Assembly (NCBI RefSeq): GCF_963921235.1
Contig: NC_086097.1
Coordinates: 143,780,001 to 143,844,000 of the forward strand
Origin: Mobula hypostoma
Lineage: Eukaryota
Direction of reading: 5' to 3'
DNA: 64,000 bases
The position numbers and the translations under genes are program-made. The notes below the pieces were generated by a model. It worked only from the letters and a program-made list of their open reading frames with translations. It was not told where the DNA came from and made no database searches. Every line of letters begins with the position of its first letter. Position 1 is the first letter of the stretch. Shown here in pieces: positions 63,424-64,000 of this stretch.

Positions 63424-64000
63424 GTGAGGATAAACTTTAATTTTAAATTGTTTTACATAAGCCCCTAGGATACCTTACTAAAGGAGAAAAGAACAGAAAG
63501 AGATGAAAGGTTTAACAATGAATGTGAAGTGTGGATTTGATGAGGGAAAATCTTGTTTCACCAAGCATGTTGAGTAACAGTAAGTGTATACTGGCAACGT
63601 AGTAGATGCAATTTATCTCGGCTTTCAAAAGGCTTTCCCTAAGGTTCTCCATGATAGTCTAACTAAATCAAAGAAGCAGCAGAATGGATAGCTTGCTAGT
63701 TTCAGGACAGTGAGCAGACTGTGAAATTAAAGTTAGCTGTTCACTGACAGTGGGTAGCAGCATTCCACAAGGACCTGCTCCACTACCGTTTACAATTCAT
63801 ATCTATGATGTTGATGCTGGAATCAAAATCCCCAACTCTCCATTTGCAGATGATACCAAGTTGATTTGGGGAAGGAAATACCATTATTGAAGAGGATTGC
63901 AATAAAATTGTGCAGAGTATTAAAAACTTGAAGAATAACAAATGATCAACAGATGTATCTCAGCAGATGGGATCCTGGAGTGGAGTGTAATCACTAAAAG

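Noticed and set aside
1..64000. CRISPR arrays, rRNA, prokaryotic operons, snoRNAs
   Set aside because: The window is intron-containing vertebrate DNA with no regularly spaced repeats, and I could not identify any rRNA or snoRNA by eye.

Overview
Vertebrate genomic DNA, very probably from a cartilaginous fish (ray or shark). This is inferred from the CR1/Rex1/L2/Penelope repeat landscape, not from a search. Host genes: (1) three coding exons of an RBM43-like gene (+, 687-5572); (2) the first seven coding exons (277 codons) of a MYO1D/MYO1G-subfamily class I myosin (+, 29982-63423, running off the window), most likely myo1g given its ETS/PU.1-RUNX-rich promoter and intronic motif cluster; (3) a probable decayed multi-exon gene on the minus strand between them. 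Much of the rest is retroelement debris: CR1, L1, L2, Rex1, an RLE-type (Hero-like) LINE, Penelope-like elements, tRNA/RTE SINEs, a Harbinger derivative and a MITE. The most unusual signals are RNA structures. The Hero-like 3'UTR (34466-34590) holds all hammerhead core segments in a non-circularly permuted order, plus a competing upstream strand that could act as a switch. Penelope-like pLTR copies carry minimal type I hammerheads, often inside foldbacks whose inverted arm would mask the ribozyme and starts at microhomology with the target-site duplication. All structures were derived by eye and none is experimentally tested.
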